Shown: in pieces, positions 59,427 to 64,000 of the stretch
How positions within the stretch are numbered: the stretch's first letter is position 1
Layout of the letters: each line of letters opens with the position of its first letter
From: Oikopleura dioica
Lineage: Eukaryota; Animalia; Chordata
DNA: 64,000 nucleotides
Direction of reading: 5' to 3'
Assembly (NCBI GenBank): GCA_907165135.1
Contig: OU015567.1
Coordinates: 15,748,001 to 15,812,000, forward strand
The notes under the pieces: generated by a model
What the model was told of the DNA's origin: nothing
The model's database searches: none
What the model saw: the letters and a program-made list of their open reading frames with translations, nothing else
Translations under genes and position numbers: made by a program

Positions 59427-60650
59427 TCATTGAGCATTATTGACTGCGTCAACTACTGACTGAGGAGGATCGTCGCTGTGAATGTACTTGCACGGGTCCC
59501 GCTTGCACTTTTTGTTTCTCGTAAAAGAGATACAAAAGCCTTCCATTTTCCTAACATCAACACGTTTTCGAGCTGGTTTTTTGGTGGATTGAGCATCTTT
59601 GATTTCAGATCGGAGTAGATTTATCTGATTTTCAAGGAATGACTTGTCGAAGGTAGCGAAGACACCTTCCTGACTGAGAGGAGTGATTGATCGTTCGAGT
59701 TCAGCTGCACGTGCAATGATGTTGTCGTAAGTGAGAGCACTTTTTTCTCGAGAAAGGAGTTGTTTCAATCGAGGTTCCATGGCATTGATAAACAGTTCCA
59801 CGAGCATATCGTTTTCAGACTCAGATAATTCTGTTCGATCATACGCTTGCATGAAATAGTCAGTGAGTTTTGCAAGTGCTACACCACAGGTGTCTTGTCC
59901 CCGCTGATATGTTCGAAGCTGGTGACGGAAATGTTCTTTTGATCGTCCAAGAATCGCTGTCAATTTTTTCTTGAAAGCAGTCCAGCTCGTCATTTCATCA
60001 GCTTTCAGAGCACGTCGGATTGAAATTCCAGTTTCGTCATTCATCATTTGGGAAAGTGTTATACCAATAAGATCAGTGTCAGGGAGATTCTGGCACTGCT
60101 GGTAAATTTCCATTTGTGACAGAAAACTATCGATCGGCAAGCTACTGTCGTATTTCGCTGGTTTGATTGAGCCAGGTATTTTCTGTTTTCGCTCTTGTTG
60201 ATATTTGTTGACTCTTGGAGTTTGAGAAGATTCCCGTTTTTCTTCTTTCGGAGGAACATTTTGGTCTTGCTGATTTGGTGTTTCAGGTTCATCCTTGACG
60301 TTGGCATCTTCTTGCTCGATTTTCGCTAGAATCTGATTAAGGGATTCCATTTCGATCGTTTCATTTATTTCCGCTATGTTTATTCTGTGATCCTCGCGAG
60401 CTTTTTTCTGAGGAGCTTCTCCAGTGAAACCAGGCTCGTATTTCAGATCAGATCCATTTTTTCGGAAATAGAATTTTTTCTGAATGTCGTTGAAGAAGGT
60501 TGGTTCGATTGCAAGGATATTCATAATCAGTCCTTTCTTCGTGAAAACCGGAAATGCCATAGGGTAATTTCCATCTGGGTGAGCATCATAAACCAAGACG
60601 AGTTCCTTGGTGGTGAGATCCAGCGTCGTTTTGTAGTAAATTTCTCCCAT
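59427..60650 (-). CDS. gag: Gag with a C-terminal CCCH-type finger
   Basis: Capsid-like middle (IDSFLSQMEIY...W...KKKL...YQRGQD); C-x8-C-x4-C-x3-H (CISFTRNKKCKRDPCKYIH). Confidence 0.88.
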   Translation of the reverse strand: MGEIYYKTTLDLTTKELVLVYDAHPDGNYPMAFPVFTKKGLIMNILAIEPTFFNDIQKKFYFRKNGSDLKYEPGFTGEAPQKKAREDHRINIAEINETIEMESLNQILAKIEQEDANVKDEPETPNQQDQNVPPKEEKRESSQTPRVNKYQQERKQKIPGSIKPAKYDSSLPIDSFLSQMEIYQQCQNLPDTDLIGITLSQMMNDETGISIRRALKADEMTSWTAFKKKLTAILGRSKEHFRHQLRTYQRGQDTCGVALAKLTDYFMQAYDRTELSESENDMLVELFINAMEPRLKQLLSREKSALTYDNIIARAAELERSITPLSQEGVFATFDKSFLENQINLLRSEIKDAQSTKKPARKRVDVRKMEGFCISFTRNKKCKRDPCKYIHSDDPPQSVVDAVNNAQ

Positions 60651-60844
60651 GTTGAAATTGCGACTCTTCTTTGATATATGACTTTTTTTGTTTTAACTTT
60701 TAAGTTCCTAAAGACGAATCTATCGGTGGCGCTTTTCAAGAAAGACACTCCGCTTTCTTTGATTCCACCCTGGATTTAAACCCTTGAATTGTTCCAAAGG
60801 AGCAATCGACTCTTCTTTGAGATGTGACTAGGTCTCGGGCGAAC

Positions 60845-60862
60845 AGTTTTCTTCAGTCACCA
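60845..60862 (-). promoter_or_regulatory. Primer binding site of element 2
   Basis: TGGTGACTGAAGAAAACT on the minus strand, 4 nt after the 5' LTR. Confidence 0.75.
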
Positions 60863-60866
60863 ATTT

Positions 60867-61260
60867 TGTTAGAGTTATGATCTCGATAAATGCAGGAAGT
60901 CTCTAGACGGGTTTGTTTGTAAAAGAGTATAAGTTTATTTGTAACGCGAGACGAAAGTAGAAGATTGAGAAGAGTGTTTTGAACTAAGGGCAGAGTCTTT
61001 ATATAGTGTTTTAGTTCGTGCGGATGAGATGTTAAACGGTGCGGATGACTGTGTAGTTGGTGCAGTTGGAAGATTCAGTCGCGCGGGTGAGATAGTAGAT
61101 CGTTTGAAAATAGCTTCATTTGGTGCGCGCGGCTGAGGGCTTCATCCGGACGAATGAATGGCTAGTCCGCGCGAGTAAACATCTCGCGCGTACGAGTGAG
61201 AGAGGGGCTCAGCGCCTGTCTTTTGCAAGGAAGAGCGCTAGCGAGAATATAACACTAATA
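60867..61260 (-). repeat. 5' LTR of element 2
   Basis: Identical to 54226-54619. Confidence 0.92.
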
Positions 61261-61789
61261 CTAATAAGAAATCGCAGCCTTTTCAATACACCACCTCTAA
61301 GAAAAAGCTCGCATATCGGAATCTATGAAGAAAACTCCTCAACTTTCAACGTTAAAAACTTCTACCGAGTTCAAACTGCCCTAGCTTTTGTTCAAATTTT
61401 ATCTGCAATTGCTGCAATGACCATTATTTTTCCCTGTGTGTGGCTTTGGATGCCTTATTAAAATCAAAAAGCTAAATAAAGTTGTTTTCTCAGAACTGTT
61501 TGCGAGTCCCAAGTAGGAATTATGATTTTGATGCTTGAATTTGTAGGAATTGTTATTCGGGAATTGCGCTTCCCTAATAGCAACCGAATCGAAAACAAAA
61601 TCAAGGTCAAATGAAAATACAAAAATTACTCGTCATTTCTTTCAATAAGAGACAAAATGATTGATGATAAAGAGCTTAAAATTTCACCAAGAAAAGATAT
61701 TCAAAAAGTATAGGCTATATTTATATTATATAGCTGAACTTTATAACTGATTTACCCAAACTTTTACCATTAAAAATCTTTTGAAAGGT

Positions 61790-62616
61790 CGAACGATGTT
61801 TACGTCGACCTGAGTTGGTCCGATATTCCGATTTGGTTGTTTTTTAGCTTTGCGATCTTGTCATTTTCATTGGCTATATTGAATAAGATAGTTTGGCTGA
61901 CTAGAGTAACATGGAATTTGCTAGGTGCTAGCACTTTTATCGGTTTTCAAGAGAATTCTGAATATGAGTCTCGATGGATCTAGAGGCCGGCCCGCCTTCG
62001 AAAAAATAGTTTGAAGAGTTCTAGTGCCTATTTTGGAACTTTAGGTCCCATGAATTGCCTTGCGGGCATGACCCAGACCCCGTTATATGGTGCCCAAATG
62101 AAAGCTCAGTTTCTGGGCTTTCTAAAACTGTATCATATGACCCTCCAACTAAGTTAGAAAAATGGGCCGAAATTTAGTCCGGTAAGCCTAGATATACTTC
62201 ATTAAGTGCTTTTTGCTGACATGTTTTTGTGGTGCTTTATGCGATACTACTCAAAGCTCGTTTATCCTCCAGCCCCTGTGGTCCAGGGAAATGCTGGCAT
62301 CACGATTCTATGGTGTTTTCTGCTGATAAATGTTGTTTTGCTTTCCTTCTTCCTTCATTTTCTCATCAGGGAAGTGTTCATTTTTCCCGAAAAACTTGAA
62401 CAGAAAACTTAACACTTTGAAAGAAATTTCGGCGCTCCGAGGAATGCAATCGCACCAATAGAACCAGAAATGACAGAAAAACAAGAAGATTCTAGCATCA
62501 TTAATGTCAGAAATTTCCACGTGACTCAAGTCGTTCTCGCTGTTCTACAGATATTGTGCGCTCTTACTGTCCTGGTTCTTCTTTTTCCTGGTGCTTGGCT
62601 CTGGATGGGCTACTGA
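61790..62616 (+). CDS. Membrane protein paralog M3 (start approximate)
   Basis: FSFAILSFSLAILNKIVWLTRVTWNLLG..., ITILWCFLLINVVLLSFFLHFLIRE, INVRNFHVTQVVLAVLQILCALTVLVLLFPGAWLWMGY*. Confidence 0.65.
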
Positions 62617-62789
62617 GTTTTTTTTTCGAGCCTTTTGTTTAAAAAAATAATTCAAAAAAAATAATAAAGAGTTTGGTTTGAGTTTTGTAATGATCAATTA
62701 AAAGCAATAAAATCGGCCCCGGAAGAGCGATTTTCAAAGGAACTCAAAAAATAGCGCTTTTTAAAAATATAAATTTCATTTTTCAAAAT

Positions 62790-63158
62790 GTTGCTAGAGA
62801 TGTTCCGTCTACTATTGTACTGCCAATTTCCTACGCCATTGGACTGTGTACAGTAATCCTGACATCAGTAAATCGCCACGCCCATGGCCGCTGTTGTTTG
62901 GCTTGGATTTTCGCGACGCATATCATCAGTAAGCTTTTCTTGTTTGCTAAACTGGCTATCTCGGTTAGTGTTTGGCGCGATGGCGCAATGGCTCATGCTC
63001 AGATACTTTCTCTTTCAAGATGTTTTGCAGCTCACGTTCTTTTGGGCTTCTACTGTTGTTGTGACTGTTTTGCTGATTGTCAGTGAAGCGTATCTTCTCA
63101 GGAAAAAGTCGAATCAATTATTTTTAATTTTGAAAGATTCTTTCTCGAATCTTATTGG
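62790..63158 (+). CDS. Membrane protein paralog M4, 5' part; a MITE follows
   Basis: ISYAIGLCTVIL...CLAWIFATHII|intron|VFGAMAQW...LTFFWASTVVVTVLLIVSEAYLLRK. Confidence 0.55.
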
Positions 63159-63304
63159 CTAGGCTCGGCAACCTGTGTGGAAAACCTGAGTCAGGTTCTG
63201 AGCTTGAATGAAAAGCCGCGGCTTCTTTTTAAAGAAAGCCGCGGCTTTTCATTTTAGCTCTTCAAAACCTGACTCAGGTTTTCCACGCAGGTTGCCGAGC
63301 TCAG
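63159..63304. mobile_element. CT(A/G)GGCTCGG-family MITE
   Basis: CTAGGCTCGGCAACCTG(T/C)GTGGAAAACCTGAGTCAGG inverted arms. Confidence 0.7.
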
Positions 63305-64000
63305 CTGATTGATCGACGGGCAAAATCGAGCTTTTTGATTGGCTGACTCCACAATAAATAGAAATTGAGTCGACTTTAGTTACAGTAGCTTTTCGACAGT
63401 TATTCCAAAGGAAAACTCCTCGAAAACTGGTGAAAAATTCGTAACAAAAGAAGAAAAAAGAAGTCACCACATAAAGATCGCTGTAACTTTCATTATTGCT
63501 TTGGAAATTGGCTGTTTTGTTTTTGTTGTTGTTTACGTTCTTTATTCACTTTTTTTTTTCTTTCGTGGGGATTTCTTTGAAGTCGAGTTCTTGGACGCTT
63601 TACTCAGTCATCATTTTCGACTCAATTTTTTAGCAAGAAAGAGGCTCAATCAATCGCGTACTCTCGAATCCGATGAGAACGGAAGCGGAAGCTCCACTAA
63701 GGGTTATTTCCAGAGCGCCTTTTTGAGGTTAATTTGCGCTTTGTTGGTCAATTCGGCTTTACATTTTTTCTGAACATGGAATTAACTCGTACGTGTAAAG
63801 CAGCCAATTTTCTGGCAAAATGCGTGATTTGAATGAAATTAAATGAATTTTAATAAAAAAAAAAAGAAAATTCAATCAACAAAAATTATTAGTAAGATTT
63901 TTTGGATCTTCGAATTCATCAAAAACCACGTGTCCAATCCCCAATTTTCAACCTCAACCCTTCGCAATCGCTTTAACAAGACTTAAGAAGTCCTAAAATC

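Larger units (their letters stand above)
54226..61260 (-). mobile_element. Ty3/Gypsy (Tor-like) LTR retrotransposon, 7035 bp
   Basis: 394-bp LTRs with no difference seen; TSD CTAA at 54222-54225 and 61261-61264; PBS; PPT; gag, pol, ORF3. Confidence 0.95.
53800..61461 (+). pseudogene. Membrane protein paralog M2, split by LTR element 2 (start approximate)
   Basis: Left of the element: ...ICWNLIRANFIFR, LVLFGLAEW, LVLFWSSLAANLVLTTVFVYHLLRK. Right: NVKNFYRVQTALAFVQILSAIAAMTIIFPCVWLWMPY*. Confidence 0.65.

Noticed and set aside
59047-59430. ATG-initiated ORF overlapping the gag stop (ATGA) as the pol start
   Set aside because: This frame lacks the protease motif; ALVDTGA is in the gag frame.
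54226-61254. Canonical TGTTA...TAACA 388-bp LTR boundary for element 2
   Set aside because: Not excluded, but LTR identity extends 6 nt further and the longer boundary gives symmetric 4-nt spacers.
1-64000. Prokaryotic or viral origin; rRNA or tRNA genes
   Set aside because: Spliceosomal introns and eukaryotic transposons occur throughout, and no rRNA or cloverleaf sequence was recognised by eye.

Overview
AT-rich eukaryotic DNA with very short introns (about 36-56 nt, some GC-AG or GA-AG). By inference it is the larvacean tunicate Oikopleura dioica or a close relative: the intron style, the Tor-like Ty3/Gypsy elements and a kelch-like gene family typical of that genome all fit. Transposons dominate the window. 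(1) A 9.17-kb env-bearing Ty3/Gypsy element (31067-40236, +) sits in a coding exon of a kinase gene; it has TA...TA termini and a repeated GGAGG-N3-CCTCC hairpin. (2) A 7.0-kb Ty3/Gypsy element (54226-61260, -) has identical LTRs, gag and pol in one frame separated by UGA-CUA, a CCCH-finger Gag and a non-Env third ORF. (3) An apparently intact long-TIR DNA transposon (about 4012-8778) encodes a 5-exon, 934-aa Sola-like transposase. (4) A nested set at 24135-28132: long-TIR element > hAT-type element > 56-bp satellite. (5) Roughly 20 MITE copies carry CCTGA(C/G)TCAGG palindromes. Host genes are three paralogs of an atypical kinase/coiled-coil/unknown-domain family, four tandem multi-pass membrane protein paralogs and a kelch-like type II membrane gene; most are hit by insertions. 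No rRNA, tRNA or CRISPR was recognised. All calls come from manual reading; no database searches were run.
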